In this document: positions 27,045 through 40,062 of the stretch, one piece after another
How the letters are laid out: every line of letters starts with the position of its first letter
Position numbering within the stretch: position 1 is the stretch's first letter
NCBI GenBank assembly: GCA_964016885.1
Contig: OZ024744.1
Coordinates: 71,114,001 to 71,178,000, forward strand
Source: Eledone cirrhosa
Taxonomy: Eukaryota
Direction of reading: 5' to 3'
Length of the DNA: 64,000 nucleotides
Notes under the pieces: model-generated
Seen by the model: the letters and a program-made list of their open reading frames with translations, nothing else
Database searches by the model: none
What the model was told of the DNA's origin: nothing
Program-made: the position numbers and the translations under genes

Positions 27045-28360
27045 CATCATCATCATTTTACGTCCGCTTTTCCCTGCTTGCAAGAGTGGGACGGGTCCTA
27101 TTCAGCACATCTCTCCACTTGTCACGGTCCTTCGTCATCTCCACCGTGAGCTTCAGTGATCTGAGGTCTGTTCTCACCACCTCCGCCCATGTTTTTCGTG
27201 GTCTACCTCTACCACGTCTTCCTTCAACTGGCATTTCCTGGCACTTCACCCATCAGTCATCCTCCATGCGCATCACATGTCCATACCACCGCAGTCTCCT
27301 CTCTCGTACACTACATTCTATCCCTCTCAGACAGTTTCTCTCTCAACACATCCATGCTGGGTCGTTCACGCACATTGACATTGCACATCCAACGGAGCAT
27401 ACTTGCCTCATTTCTCTCCAGCCGTCGCATATCCTCTGCAGTAGCTGCCCATGTCTCACTACCATGCAGCATCACGCTCCTCACACAGGCATCATATAAC
27501 CAGCCTTTCGTAAGCAGGGAGAAACCCTTCTTCGTCAGCAGAGGAAGCAGCTCCCTAAACTTCTTCCAACCCGTCCTTATTCTAGATACTATGGCCTCGG
27601 AACCCCTCCCCCTCCCATGCTAAACTGATCTCCTAGGTACCGGAAGCTACCCACCACTTCTATTGCACCCGCCTGCATTTGAAAAATGTGTCTATCAATG
27701 CGACTTTTACTGTACATCTACTGCATACGTATTTCTCCCTACCTGTTACTTTGCCTGCTATCCCACTACATATCTTGTGTACCCAGGATCTGCATTGTGT
27801 GCATTTTATAGAATTTATGCCAGTTCCTTTTCTGCATATCGAACATGGCCATTTCCCTGACGGAATCAGAGTTTTGTCCTCTTTTCTACTCATCAGCCCT
27901 TCTATCTTAGCTAGGTTCACTCTCAGTCCTCTTGCTTCCAACTGCTGTTTCCATAGCCAGAATTTATTCTCTAGCTCCTCTACTGATTCTGCTATAAGAA
28001 CCAGATCATCAGCATAGAGAAGTCCCCATGGACAGCCAGTCTTAAACTCCTCTGTTATGGCTTGGAGGACTATAATGAACAAGAGCAGGCTGAGGACCGA
28101 ACCTTGATGTACTCCTACTTGTATCTGGAATTCCTCACTAAACCCCATTCCTACCCTGACTTTATTGACAGCACCTCTGTACAAAGTTTGCACTGTCCTC
28201 ACGAGCCATTCCTCAACACCTAGTTTCCTGGGGGACCACCAGATGACAGATCGGGGTACCCTATCAAAGGCCTTCTCTAGGTCAACAAAGGTTAAGTATA
28301 GTGGCTTATTCTTCTCTAAGAATGTTTCTTGTAATTGTCTCACCAAGAAGAGGGCATCTG
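27045..28360 (-). mobile_element. RTE LINE 3' half (RT to (TGA)n tail)
   Basis: DLEKAFDRV, HQGSVLS, YADD, GRPRKTW. Tail ggacgtaaaatgatgatgat. Confidence 0.9.
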
Positions 28361-28772
28361 TATACATATATGTATGTACGTATACATACATACTTACATT
28401 TAAGTAAGTGCCATACTAAGAGTGAGAAATGAAATTTCGTTTTCATTTTTTTCAACTTATCGTTTTCGGTATGCCTGATCGATTTAATTCACTCAATATG
28501 CAAATTAGGCTGCTCAGCCGTTAATTTTCATAAGGAAAGTATATACTTTCGAACGTTCAACTATCTGGCAGATGGGTATACGGTGCTGATGATAGCTAAC
28601 AAGCTTGAAACTAGTACATCGTTCCTGTGTCAGTGTTGAACAAAAAGGTGACGTGGTTGCCTTAACACCGTATGGCATAAATTCAGGCTGTTCAGTTTGT
28701 TTACAAACGAACAAAGCGGCGTTCAAATAAGCGTACGCTAAACTGATGCGTGCATATATGTATGTGTACCTG

Positions 28773-28813
<41 letters not shown>

Positions 28814-28926
28814 TACTGTACGTCTGTATACATATATGTATGTACGTATACATACATACTTACATTTAAGTAAGTGCCATGCTAAGAGTGAGAAATGAAA
28901 TTTCGTTTTCATTTTTTTCAACTTAT
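28357..28926 (+). mobile_element. Family A HHR repeat, 1.2-mer (466-bp period, ~104-bp terminal redundancy)
   Basis: 28357-28460 is repeated at 28823-28926. Confidence 0.8.
28581..28621 (+). ncRNA. Minimal type I hammerhead ribozyme (family A)
   Basis: cggtg-CTGATGA-t agct aaca agct t-GAAAC TA GTA-catcg. Confidence 0.78.
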
Positions 28927-28954
28927 ATATATATATATATACATATATACACAT

Positions 28955-29761
28955 ATTATATATAGAGTTATAAACTCAAATAGTCTTTTACAATTAAATA
29001 GCTCAAAGAAAGGGATATTTCTGAGCCGTGTAATACAAATGAATGTATGATAGGGATAAAATTTGAAATTTGAAATTTAAATTTGTCCAGGTATCACGAC
29101 TATTGCCAATATAGGTTTGTTTTTATTGATTTATTATTTTAAATCGAGACAGGCAAACTGTATTATTTTAATTAGTATTTTTCAATCTAGCTAACTTGGT
29201 CATTTGCAATACAAACACTTATATACTTGTATTAGAGTTTATCCCTATCATATATTCATTTGTATTACACGGCTCAGAAATAACCCTTTCTTTGAGCTAT
29301 TTAATTGTAAAAGACTATTTGAGTTTATAACTCTATATATAATATTCTCGGCTCCATGCGTTGAGCTAATTTTTTAGTCCCATAAAACCGGCTGTTATTT
29401 CTAGCGGCACGAGTATAGGACGGGCTAGACGCTAGGTCACATGTGCGTTCAACAACACATTTCTTTCAGTCTTCCTAAGTATTTTGAAGTGAAACTTACC
29501 AATTTCTGGATACCTGCAGAAGAGCACAGGAATAGGAAATTTCACTTAATTGTTGCGAAACAAATTTGAAATTTAAATTTGTCCGGGTATCACGGCTATT
29601 GCCAATATAGGTTTGTTTTTATTGATTTATTATTTTAAATCGAGACAGGCAAACTGTATTATTTTAATTAGTATTTTTCAATCTAGCTAACTTGGTCATT
29701 TGCAATACAAACACTTATATACTTGTATTAGTGTTTATCACTATCATATATTCTTTTGTAT
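28955..29761 (+). mobile_element. HHR module with inverted 5' piece plus partial tandem repeat (PLE pLTR-like)
   Basis: 28955-29059 is inverted relative to 29238-29343. 29066-29266 is a direct repeat of 29562-29761 (496-bp period). Confidence 0.78.
29509..29591 (+). ncRNA. Type I hammerhead fold (family F; core U4A)
   Basis: gatacctg-CAGAAGA-gc...gc-GAAAC aaattt gaaattt aaattt GTC-cgggtatc. 8-bp stem I and 8-bp stem III. Confidence 0.62.
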
Positions 29762-29811
29762 ATACACACATATATATATATACACATATATATTGGTGCT
29801 CTGAAATAGCG

Positions 29812-30235
29812 ATATATATATGAATGTATATATAGTGTATTTTGCAATACACTGTATATTAAAAGCATTTTGAAGACCTTAAAGTAGAGTGACTATGTCA
29901 CTTACTTCAACAAACAAAGGAGATAAGCTGACAGATCTCTGTTTCATACTGTTGGTATTCCTCAGAGCTTAGCACTCCTCTTGCCTGTTGAAAATTATGA
30001 ATGTTGGATTCTTATAAAATTCCAGTAATAATCAGGAACTGATTATACAGAGCGGTTGCCGGTTCAGCAAAAATTGAAACAGAGATCTGTCAGCTTATCT
30101 CCCTTTGTTTGTTGAAAAAAGAAGTGAGTGACATAGTCACCTCTTTAAAACAATAGCGTAAGGTCTTCAAAATGCTTATAATTGACCATACAGTGTATTG
30201 CAAAATACAGTATATATATATTCATACATATATAT
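29812..30235. repeat. Foldback element: arms ~29812-29946 / ~30075-30235
   Basis: agataagctgacagatctctgtttca versus tgaaacagagatctgtcagcttatct, continuing outwards with indels. Confidence 0.82.
29924..29971 (-). ncRNA. Type I hammerhead ribozyme (family G)
   Basis: taagct-CTGAGGA-atac caaca gtat-GAAACAG agat CTGTC-agctta. All three stems are intact. Confidence 0.82.
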
Positions 30236-30439
30236 ATATATACATATATATACACATACAGAAGACCCGCCTTGCCTATGTACAAAGCGAAACCTACAGT
30301 CAGTAGACACCTCTTAACCAAATATACACCCCAATCCACTACCACTACCTATCCTCTCACTCCCACCAACTCCACCCTCTCTCTGTGAAGTTGGTACCAC
30401 ATCATCCAGTCCAAATAAATGAGATAATGAGATCGAGAT

Positions 30440-30719
30440 CGTGTAGGTGTCATGAGAAAAAAAACACACAGTCCACGTAGTGTGACCGTGTAGGTAACAC
30501 GCGTAATGTGGTCGTGTAGGAACACGGTAAAAAGTTCCCAGTTCCACACTGTAAATATGGTTGGTGTTAGGAAGGGCATCCAGTCGTAGAAAACTTGCCA
30601 GATAGTCCTATATGAGCGAGACATGGTCACCCGACCAACCTTGCCTCAAGTGGGACAACTCCCGTCTAACCCATGCTAGCGTGGAAGATGGACGTTAAAC
30701 GAAGATGATAATGATGATG

Positions 30720-30722
<3 letters not shown>
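30440..30722 (+). mobile_element. Short RTE-related non-autonomous element
   Basis: ggttggtgttaggaagggcatccag, shared with the RTE 5' region at ~32120. RTE-type tail ggacgttaaa...(tga)n. Confidence 0.6.
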
Positions 30723-30782
<60 letters not shown>

Positions 30783-31087
30783 TATAAAAAAGAAATAGGA
30801 CTTCGCTCCAAGCATAGCTTTATACAATATGTATAAATATTTCGTATATCCAAAGAAATACGGTTTTAGGAAGCCGTAGCTATGCAAACACTATTTCCAA
30901 GGAAATACGGTTTTTTATACATATTGTATAAAGTTATGCTTGAAGCGAAATCCTATTTTTTTTTTATAAGTTGAGCCAACTTATGCAGCTTCATATGCAA
31001 ATGAGATTAATCACCTCATTTGCACAGACGAGAAAAGTATATTTTCTCGCCTGTCTTCTAGTCCAGCAGTCGCAAGCGGTGGGAGGG

Positions 31088-31131
31088 ACCGTCCTGACGA
31101 AGGCCAGTTAAGCCTGAAATGCATAGACGGT
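31088..31131 (+). ncRNA. Minimal type I hammerhead ribozyme (family H), upstream of a PLE RT fragment
   Basis: accgtc-CTGACGA-aggc cagttaa gcct-GAAAT GC ATA-gacggt. Perfect stems and palindromic stem III ATGCAT. Confidence 0.88.
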
Positions 31132-31233
31132 TATCCCCCTTGCTTCACCAGAGGGTGGTGTTAGCCCCCCCCCCCCCCCTCCCCCCTCCCCCCTCGGTGT
31201 TTGCATCGCTACGGCTTCCTAATACCGTATTTC

Positions 31234-31720
31234 CTTCTCCCCACTTTACCCTGAAGGATCACAAATCAAATTTCCCGAACAACCACTGTATTCGGCTTAT
31301 TAACCCTACGAAGTCCAATTTAGGTAGACTTAGTAAAAGGATTTTAGTAGAATTATACCTGAAATTAGAAGTTTGGCCCCTCTTGCACTGTGAAACAATT
31401 CTTTCGCGGTGATTGATTGGTTCAACGGCATATGCAACAAGGAACATTGTTGTTTTATCCAATTCGACATCAATAATTACTACTCCTCCACTTCTTCTTA
31501 GAGCTATCAATTTCGCTAAAACACTCACAGTGGTTCAGGATTTCGAAGTTGATGTCATCCTCAATGCCCGTAAGTCGGTGAATAATTTCGACGATTCTAT
31601 TTGGATTAAAAAATCTAATAGTACCCTCATTCGACGTGAGTATGGGCGCCAGCGATTCTGCGGAGGTTACTGATCTTATCGGCCTTTTCCTTCTTTTCTC
31701 TATCAAGGAAGAATTCCCCT
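31234..31720 (+). pseudogene. Penelope-like RT fragment
   Basis: TLKDHK..F...IRLINPTKSNLG and [14 protein letters not shown]. Related to 34320-36030. Confidence 0.8.
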
Positions 31721-31782
31721 ATACATATATATATATGTATATATACATATATATATACATATATATATACATATATATATAC

Positions 31783-31956
<174 letters not shown>

Positions 31957-32010
31957 ATACATATATATACATATACATATATATACATTTTTTTTAAATT
32001 TTTTTTTTAT

Positions 32011-34120
32011 GACCATGCTGTAAAATGGAGCGGTAGAGGGGGCCCTTGAGTCTAGTAAGACATCCTCTCTAGTGCTGGTGGCACAAATAAAAGCACCCAG
32101 TCCATGCTGTAAAGTGGCGCTGGTGTTATGAAGGGCATCCAACCAGTGTATCAATGCCAAAACGATTATAAGCACAGCAACAAATAGATAGGAACAACAA
32201 AATATGAAGACGTCGCATTTCAGAGTTGCAACACTTAATGTTGGCACTCTCAGAGGTAGATCTGCTGAAATAGCGGAGATGCTGAAGAGAAGGCATGTGG
32301 ATGTGTGGTGCGTGCAAGCGGTGAGATGGAGAGGTGTCTCTGCGAGACTAGTCATAGGCAAACATCTTAGCTATAAGCTTTTCTGGGTAGGTAAGGATGA
32401 TGGGTTAGGGGGAGTGGGAATTTTCCTGGCTGAGAGATGGAGCAATAAGACAATAGAGGTAGTTTGAGTTAGTAATCGAAAATTTAAGCTTAGATTAGTT
32501 GTAGGCAGGAGACTACTGACAATCATCTCTGCCTATGCTCCCCAAGCAGGCCTAGGCAAAGAAGAGAAAGACTGCTTTTACGAGCAACTTTTGCAAACAA
32601 CCACAATGACAGAGGACGGAGACATCGTTATGTTAGCAGGAGACTTCAATGGTCATGTTGGACAGCTCCAGGATGGTTACACTGGGTACATGGTGGGCAC
32701 GGTTACGGCTCAAGAAATGAAGAAGGAGTGAGACTTCTTGAATTTTGTGATGTAAGTACACTGACTATTTGCAACACTAACTTCCAGAAACCTGCCAATC
32801 ACCTAGTAACCTACAAATCTGGCGAGCACATAAGCCAGATTGACTTCTTACTAGTTAGGCAGTGGGACAGGCAGATGGTGTCTAATACCAAGGCATACCC
32901 TGGGAAAGAATGTACCCCACAGCATAGGTTAGTCGTTAGTGATATCTCAGTAAGCAAGAGATGGAATGAGACATACAGGAAGGGGTGGAGAAGAAAGGTT
33001 TAGAAGCTAAAAGACCTTTCACTAAAATACGAATTTAGGAAAGCCCTTCAAGATGTGTATGACGAAAAAGAAGATGATTTAGAGACGTATGAGATAGAGA
33101 ATAACTGGAATTTCTTACGTGACAACTTACTTGTGGCTGTAGCAGAGCTCCAACCAGACAGAGAGTGACCTGCTAGTGGAACAGCACAGTAGATAAGGCC
33201 ATTAGAGACGAAAGACTAGCATGGAAGGCTTGGAAAAAGGGTGGGAGTAGGGAAGGATATACAGCCGCTAAGAGAGAAGCTAGACGTCAGGTGTACTGAG
33301 CACGCAGGGAGGCTGAGAGTAGGAGGTTTGCCAATGTTCTGCAACGGGAAGATCAGAGGCGTGCGGTGTTCCACATTGCAAGGCAGTGTGTCAATGCAAA
33401 TCAGGATGTTGTTGGAGATAAATGTGTCCGGAATGATGCAGGTGTACTTAGCGTCACGAATGATCAGAAAAAGGAGGCTTGGAAATATCATTATGAGAGA
33501 CTGATGAATGTGGATAATGAATGGGAGAGAGAGAAATTACCCTCAGTAGATCCGACAGAGGGACCAGCTATTGAGATTGACGAATATAGGGCCAAAGAGG
33601 CGATTAAGGAAATGAAAAATGGTAAGGCTGCTGGACCGTTGGGGGTAGTTTCTGAGATGCTGAAGGCATCATGGGACGTAGGCACTAAACTGGTTGCACG
33701 CTTCATCAATCAGGCTATATATGGTGGTGTCATACCCAAAAACTAGTGCAGCAGTAATAGTCATGTTCGATATGCAGAAAAAGAACTGGCATAAATTCTA
33801 TAAAATGCATACAATGCAGATCCTGGGTACACAAGAGATGTAGTGAGAAAGCAGGCAAACTAACAGGTAGGGAGAAATACGTATGCAGTAGATGTACAGG
33901 GAAATTAGACAGTAGAAGGCGCATTGACAGACACATTTTTCAAATGCAGGTGGGTGCTATAGAAGTGGTGGATAGCTTCCAGTACCTAGGAGATCAGATT
34001 AGCATGGGAGGGGGGGGGGGGTCCGAGGCCATAGTATCTAGAATAAGGACGGGTTGGAAGAAGTTTAGGGAGCTGCTTCTTCTGCTGACGAAGAAAGGTT
34101 TCTCCCTGCTTACGAAAGGC
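32011..34120 (+). mobile_element. RTE LINE with 5'UTR, APE and internally deleted RT (deletion at ~33761)
   Basis: [22 protein letters not shown]. The sequence then jumps to the Cys-rich insert and FQYLG. Confidence 0.88.
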
Positions 34121-34122
34121 CG

Positions 34123-36810
34123 TCAGTCAGGCGTTGAAAGTGAAATCTATACAACAGTGTATGAAAGAATGTTCTGAGGAAAAGGAGGAGGGGAGTATAA
34201 AGAATAGGTAAGTCGAAGACAATGAAAAAAAATATATATATATATATAAAATTATATATTGAGAAATGAATGAAAAAAAAACAAATACAGTAGAATCTAG
34301 AAACAGCTGCTATAATTAGTAAGAAAAATCCTAGACCACGTTATACCAAAAGTTAAGCAAAACGCGATACTTAGCCTATGGAAGTAATCTCATGGTTCAG
34401 GAATATGGAGGACAAACGAGACACGAAATTCATTCAGTTTGATATAGAGAGTTACTATGCATCTATTACTTTACCGCTCCTTACGGCCGCCTTGGACTTT
34501 GCCGAAACACTCACGCCCATCACTGAACAGGAAAGAAATATCATTCTCTACGCCAGGAAGACAGTCCTACTTTTCGACAACTCCAAGTGGATAAAGAGAG
34601 CTCCCGACTCCCCCTTCGACGTCAGTATGGGCGCGATGGATTCGGCGGAGGTCACAGATCTTATAGGATTATTCTTACTATTTAAACTCACCGAAATGTT
34701 TCCTGCATTCGGCGGTGTAACCCGGTCTGTACTACTCGGGTTGAAACCTTTGTGGTGCTGTAGGAGAGTTTGATTATGTTTTTGTTGATTATGTTGTGGT
34801 AGCAGTGTTGTGGTGGGAAGTGTTTTTCGAGGAGCCTAAAGAAGATTTTCCCGATAGGTGTTGCCACCTCGGCATTGTGGGGAGGATTGAACCACGTTAC
34901 GTTGCGTGTGATCTACCAGTGCAACGTGAGGATGGACACCTCCAACAAAGCTTATATAGGATTAACCCTCAAAGGTTACAACCCCAGTAGTACAGACCGG
35001 GTCCGTAAACAACTAATCAGCTTCTTCCGGGACTGAGGATTTAAAATCACCCTACAAACGTCACTAACCCGAGTAAATTACCTGGACGTTACCCTTAACC
35101 TCGAAAATGATCTGTACTACCCATACAGAAAACCAAACCACAACCTGCACTACATCCACCGCCGCTCTAACCATCCTAGAAACATCACCAATAATCTGGT
35201 TAAAAACATCTCCCTCCGCTTATCTCGTTTGTCCGCTAATGAGCAGATATTCGACGAACATGCGCCTTATTACAACCAGGCCCTCAAGCAGAGTGGCTTC
35301 GGGAGGAAATATCCTTTTATCCAGCTTCCCTTAGCGGAACCAGCAGGCGACACCGCCGCTCACGCAACGTAACGTGGTTCAATCCTCCCCACAATGCCGA
35401 GGTGGCAACATCTATCGGGAAAATCTTCTTTAGGCTCCGCGAAAAACACTTCCCACTACAACACTTCTATCACAACATAATAAACAAAAACACCATCAAA
35501 CTCTCCTACAGCACCACACCTAACTTCGCACAAAACATCGTCTCCTCAAATAACAAAAAATTCAACCCATATGGAAGAAATAACCTAGACATCAGTGGAG
35601 AGCCGACCAGGAGGTGTAACTGTCCTGATAGATCCATGTTCCCCCTCAACAACAGATGCCGAGAACGGAACGTGATCTACCAGTGCAACGTGAGGACGGA
35701 CACCTCCAACAAAGCTTATATAAGATTAACCGCTTGTGACTTCAAGACCCGGCTCTACTAACACCGACATACTTTCCGAAACCCAGTCCGGCGACATGCC
35801 ACTACTCTTTCGGGCCACATCTGGGACCTCAAAGATAATAATATAACCTACAATCTCACTTGGAACTTACTGTCCAGAGCTAACCCTTACACGAGAGGAC
35901 GCCGTCCGTGTAACTTATGCTCGGAGGAAACATTACAAATGCTGTTTTCGAAGGACCAACTCCTAAACAAGAAAGACGAACTGGTAACCGCATTCAAACA
36001 CAGATTGCGTAGGACCTACCTCGCCCTCAAACCCCATAACGACCCGGGTGGGTAGACAAGGGCTGATACCCCCCACTTGCCGAATAAGTTAGGGGAAACC
36101 CCTGCTTACATAGGTAGAAGTACCTCTTTTCTTTTCCTTTATGTGTCCTTCTTCCCCCGTCTCTTTCTATCACTTCCTTCCACCCCGATCTTCTTACTCG
36201 TCTGTCTTTCCCCTTTCGCCTACCCCGATGCAGCCTATCGGTCCTCTGTAGCCTCAGTACCCCCACCCCTGTAATTTTAAGATAGATTTGGCTGATTACG
36301 CTTTACCAACTTTTATAGCAGATGTGTTCGACCCTGTAATTTCTTTTTTTGTTACTACTCCATTTCTACTATTTCAATATTTCTCATTTAGTACTTTCTC
36401 CTCTCTACTTATTAACCTGTCTTTGTAAGATAAGCATTGGCCGATTACCCTTTACTAACTATTTATAGCGGCTGTGTTAGACTCCTTGAAAAGTTTGCAT
36501 TATATTTTTCACGACCCATTTTTACTTTCTCTTATTTAGTATCTTACACTCTCTACTTATTAAACTTTTCTATAGCTTCGCCGTACTTAACACTTACTAA
36601 TTATAGCAGCTGTTTCTAGATTCTACTGTATTTGTTTTTTTTCATTCATTTCTCAATATATAATTTTATATATATACATATTTTTTTTTTCTTCATTGTC
36701 TTCGACTTACCTATTCTTTATACTCCTCTCCTCCTCTTCCTCGGAACATTCTTTCATACACTATCCTTAGAATCTGTTGTATAGATTTCACTTTCAACGC
36801 CTGACTGACT
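34123..36810 (+). mobile_element. Degenerate Penelope-like element (RT + GIY-YIG) with an inverted 3'UTR copy at its 5' end
   Basis: [33 protein letters not shown], and CNC..PL...C....VIY...AYI(R/G). 34123-34322 is inverted relative to ~36595-36810. Confidence 0.82.
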
Positions 36811-37204
36811 TTACTCACTCCTTCTTTGTTCTACCGGCAAGTTCAGTCACCCGTACCTCCCACCAAATGCCATGACAGATCTACTTTTCTTTACAACAAA
36901 ATTTGACCAATCCTCTTGACAATTACAATCTTCCCATATAAGGAAGTTCCCCTTGATAAGTTCGGCTTACCACGTGTGTTTGTTTATTTATTTTTATTTG
37001 TGTTTTCTTTCTCTTTCGTTTCGCTGTCAACTTGGTAATTTTTAATTTTTTAAATTTAACTTTATTTTTTACTTTTATTTATTTATTATTTTTGATTTCT
37101 TGTATATGTATTTTGTCTTTGTATGGTGATGTGACTGCACATGGTCGTTTATTTATTTTTATATATTTATTTATATAATTATATATATATATGTATCTTT
37201 ATAT

Positions 37205-37940
37205 ATATAAATGAAAGTATAGAAATTATTGTGAGCGTGAAGCCAACAGTATTTCATAATATATAAGTGACTATAACGTCAAAATGGAAAATAATTAACG
37301 TAAGATGTGGGAAAATAATTCAAACTTAATTCAAAAAAATCAAGACATAGATTTATACATAGAATTTTGTGAAATCCAGGGAAAAATCAATAGAGCCTTA
37401 ACTCTGAATAAAATAAAGTTTAAATACTCATCCTTCAATTTGGAAAAACTACAAATGCTCTATGTAGTCTTTAAAAGACTATTTCACGAAACTTTCAGTG
37501 GGGATGGTCACGGTTGGAGTCCTTCATCAGTAGAGCTCAACACGATAACCTTAAACCACTGCCAGAATATGCCAAAAAGGGAATTTAAAAGCAGGCTAGT
37601 TCAACTCATGCGTAAATATGAAAATAAACGCACATGGAGAGACATGGCTGGTGACGTCAGAATGAGACGAATGTCTGTTTACAGGAAACAGCAGTCAAAA
37701 AACATTCCGAAAAAAAACTCTACAAATGTAAGGAGTTCAGCAAAATAATAATATTATGGCGGTTTTTTTTTTTTAAAAAGACCGGGATTAGTCACAAATA
37801 ATTTTAAGCACTCTAGGAAAAAATTCCGAGTATAAATATAAATGAAAGTACAGAAATTATTGTGAGCGTGAAGCCAACAGTATTTCATAATATATAAGTG
37901 ACTATAACGTCAAAATGGAAAATAATTAACGTAAGATGTG
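37205..37940 (-). mobile_element. HHR module, 1.2-mer (631-bp period, ~105-bp terminal redundancy)
   Basis: 37205-37309 is repeated at 37836-37940. Confidence 0.75.
37457..37536 (-). ncRNA. Hammerhead fold (family I; U16.1C, weak stem II)
   Basis: gctcta-CTGATGA-aggact...agtttcgt-GAAA tagtctt tta aagacta CA-tagagc. Confidence 0.58.
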
Positions 37941-37959
37941 TGTGTATATATATATATAC

Positions 37960-38298
37960 ACTGAGGATGAAAAACTCAGAGCTGTATGGAAGCCTCCCAA
38001 AAGTCAGCTCAAAAGTGACACAGAGGAGACTGAGGTTAGCCGGACATGCTCACCGACATCCAGAGTTGACATTGCACTCAATGCTCCTGTGGGAGCCCCT
38101 ACATGGATACACTGGAAAATGAAGACCAAGGTTAACGTATGTTGATGCCCTAAGGACAGACACTGGTCTGTTGGAGACGCAGGACATGGCAGCAATAATG
38201 AGGGACTGAGACCGCTGGAGAGAACTCGTCCATGGACTCAGTCCAGAATTAGCCGTCGAAACGGCTTGAGCTCAGCCGTCGGGGTCCTACTCGTTCCT
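37960..38298 (+). mobile_element. 3' end of a second RTE-like LINE family
   Basis: RRLRLAGHAHRHPEL..LLWEP, then a structured 3' end running into (TA)n. Confidence 0.75.
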
Positions 38299-38303
38299 AT
38301 ATG

Positions 38304-38353
<50 letters not shown>

Positions 38354-38443
38354 TGTATATACGTTATTCCGGGTTGAATCGGAGGTAACCACAGTAAGTA
38401 AGGTACTCAATACATTGCAGAGTATAAAAGTTTTAATATAGAT

Positions 38444-38494
38444 GAGATTCTATAGGACTAGAACTGTTTCATTCTTTAGAAATCATCAGGAATC
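38444..38494 (-). ncRNA. Type I hammerhead (family E), left arm of foldback
   Basis: gattc-CTGATGA-tttctaaagaat-GAAACAG ttctagtc CTATA-gaatctc. Confidence 0.62.
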
Positions 38495-38496
38495 AG

Positions 38497-38549
38497 GAGA
38501 TTCCTGATGATTTCTAAAGAATGAAACATTTCTAGTCCTGTAAAATCTC
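38497..38549 (+). ncRNA. Type I hammerhead (family E), right arm of foldback
   Basis: gagattc-CTGATGA-tttctaaagaat-GAAACAT ttctagtc CTGTA-aaatctc. Confidence 0.62.
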
Positions 38550-38556
38550 ATCTATA

Positions 38557-38708
<152 letters not shown>

Positions 38709-38880
38709 TGTGTGTGTGTGTATGTGTATGTATATTTATATATATATATATATTATATGTGTGTGTTTGTGTGTTATATACTTATATATTTATTATCTTT
38801 TTTCTTTTTCCTTCAGCCTCACTTTCATATTTCTTATATTTTTGTTTTCAAATCCACATTCAATAAAAACACCAGAATTT

Positions 38881-38940
38881 TTTCATTCTGACGACTGAAA
38901 GCAGATTTGTTTGCTTTCAAGAAACCACTAGTAAATGAAA
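38881..38940 (+). ncRNA. Type I hammerhead ribozyme (family J)
   Basis: tttcatt-CTGACGA-c tgaaagcaga tttg tttgctttca a-GAAAC cacta GTA-aatgaaa. 7-bp stem I and 10-bp stem II. Confidence 0.8.
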
Positions 38941-39036
38941 TAATTATCTTATGTTGTTTATTACATAACTATTAACCTCTGTAACCTACATAGAGCACTC
39001 TTTATTACTGGACCTTTCGGACGGAATTACTTCATT

Positions 39037-39134
<98 letters not shown>

Positions 39135-39160
39135 CATATATATATATACATATATATATA

Positions 39161-40008
39161 CCGTCAGGGAAATGGCCATGTTCGATATACAGAAAAGGAA
39201 CTGGCATAAATTTTATAAAATGCACACAATGCAGATCCTGGGTACACAAGAGATGTAGCGGGATAGCAGGCAAACTAACAGGTAGGGAGAAATATGTATG
39301 CAGTAGATGTACAGGGAAATTAGACAGTAGAAGTCGCACTGATAGACACATTTTTCAAATGCAAGAGGGTGCTATAGAAGTGGTGGATAGCTTCCGGTAC
39401 CTAGGAGATCAGATTAGCATGGGAGGAGGATGTTCCGAGGCCATAGTATCTAGAATAAGGACGGGTTGGAAGAAGTTTAGGGAGCTGCTTCCTCTGTTGA
39501 CGAAGAAGGGTTTCTCCCTGCGTACGAAAGGCCGGTTGTATGATGCCTGTGTGAGGAGCACGATGCTGCATGGTAGTGAGACATGGGCAGCAACTGCAGA
39601 GGATATGCGACGGCTGGAGAGAAATGAGGCAAGCATGCTCCGTTGGATGTGCAGTGTAAATGTGCGTGAATGACCCAGAATAAATGTGTTGAGAGAGAAA
39701 CTGTGTCTGAGAGGGATAGAATGTAGTGTACGGGAGAGGAGACTGAGTTGGTATGGACATGTGATGCGCATGGAGGATGACCGATGGGTGAAGAAGTGCC
39801 AGGAATTGCCAGTTGAATGAAGACGTGGTAGAGGTAGACCACGAAAAACATGGGCAGAGGTGGTGAGAACAGACCTCAGATCATTGAAGCTCACGGTGGA
39901 GATGACGAGGGACCGTGACGAGTGGAGAGATGCTGTGGTGAATAAAACCCGTCCAACCCTTGCAAGCAGGGAAAGGTGGACGTAAAATGATGATAATGAT
40001 GATGATGA
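39161..40008 (+). mobile_element. RTE LINE 3' fragment with (TGA)n tail
   Basis: GKWPC..., FRYLGD, LHGSETW, GRPRKTW, ggacgtaaaatgatgataatgat. Confidence 0.9.
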
Positions 40009-40023
40009 TATACACATACATAT

Positions 40024-40062
<39 letters not shown>

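Noticed and set aside
37305-37748. 147-aa ORF as a novel gene
   Set aside because: No recognisable motif. It is AT-rich and antisense to the HHR inside a 1.2-mer repeat, so probably incidental.
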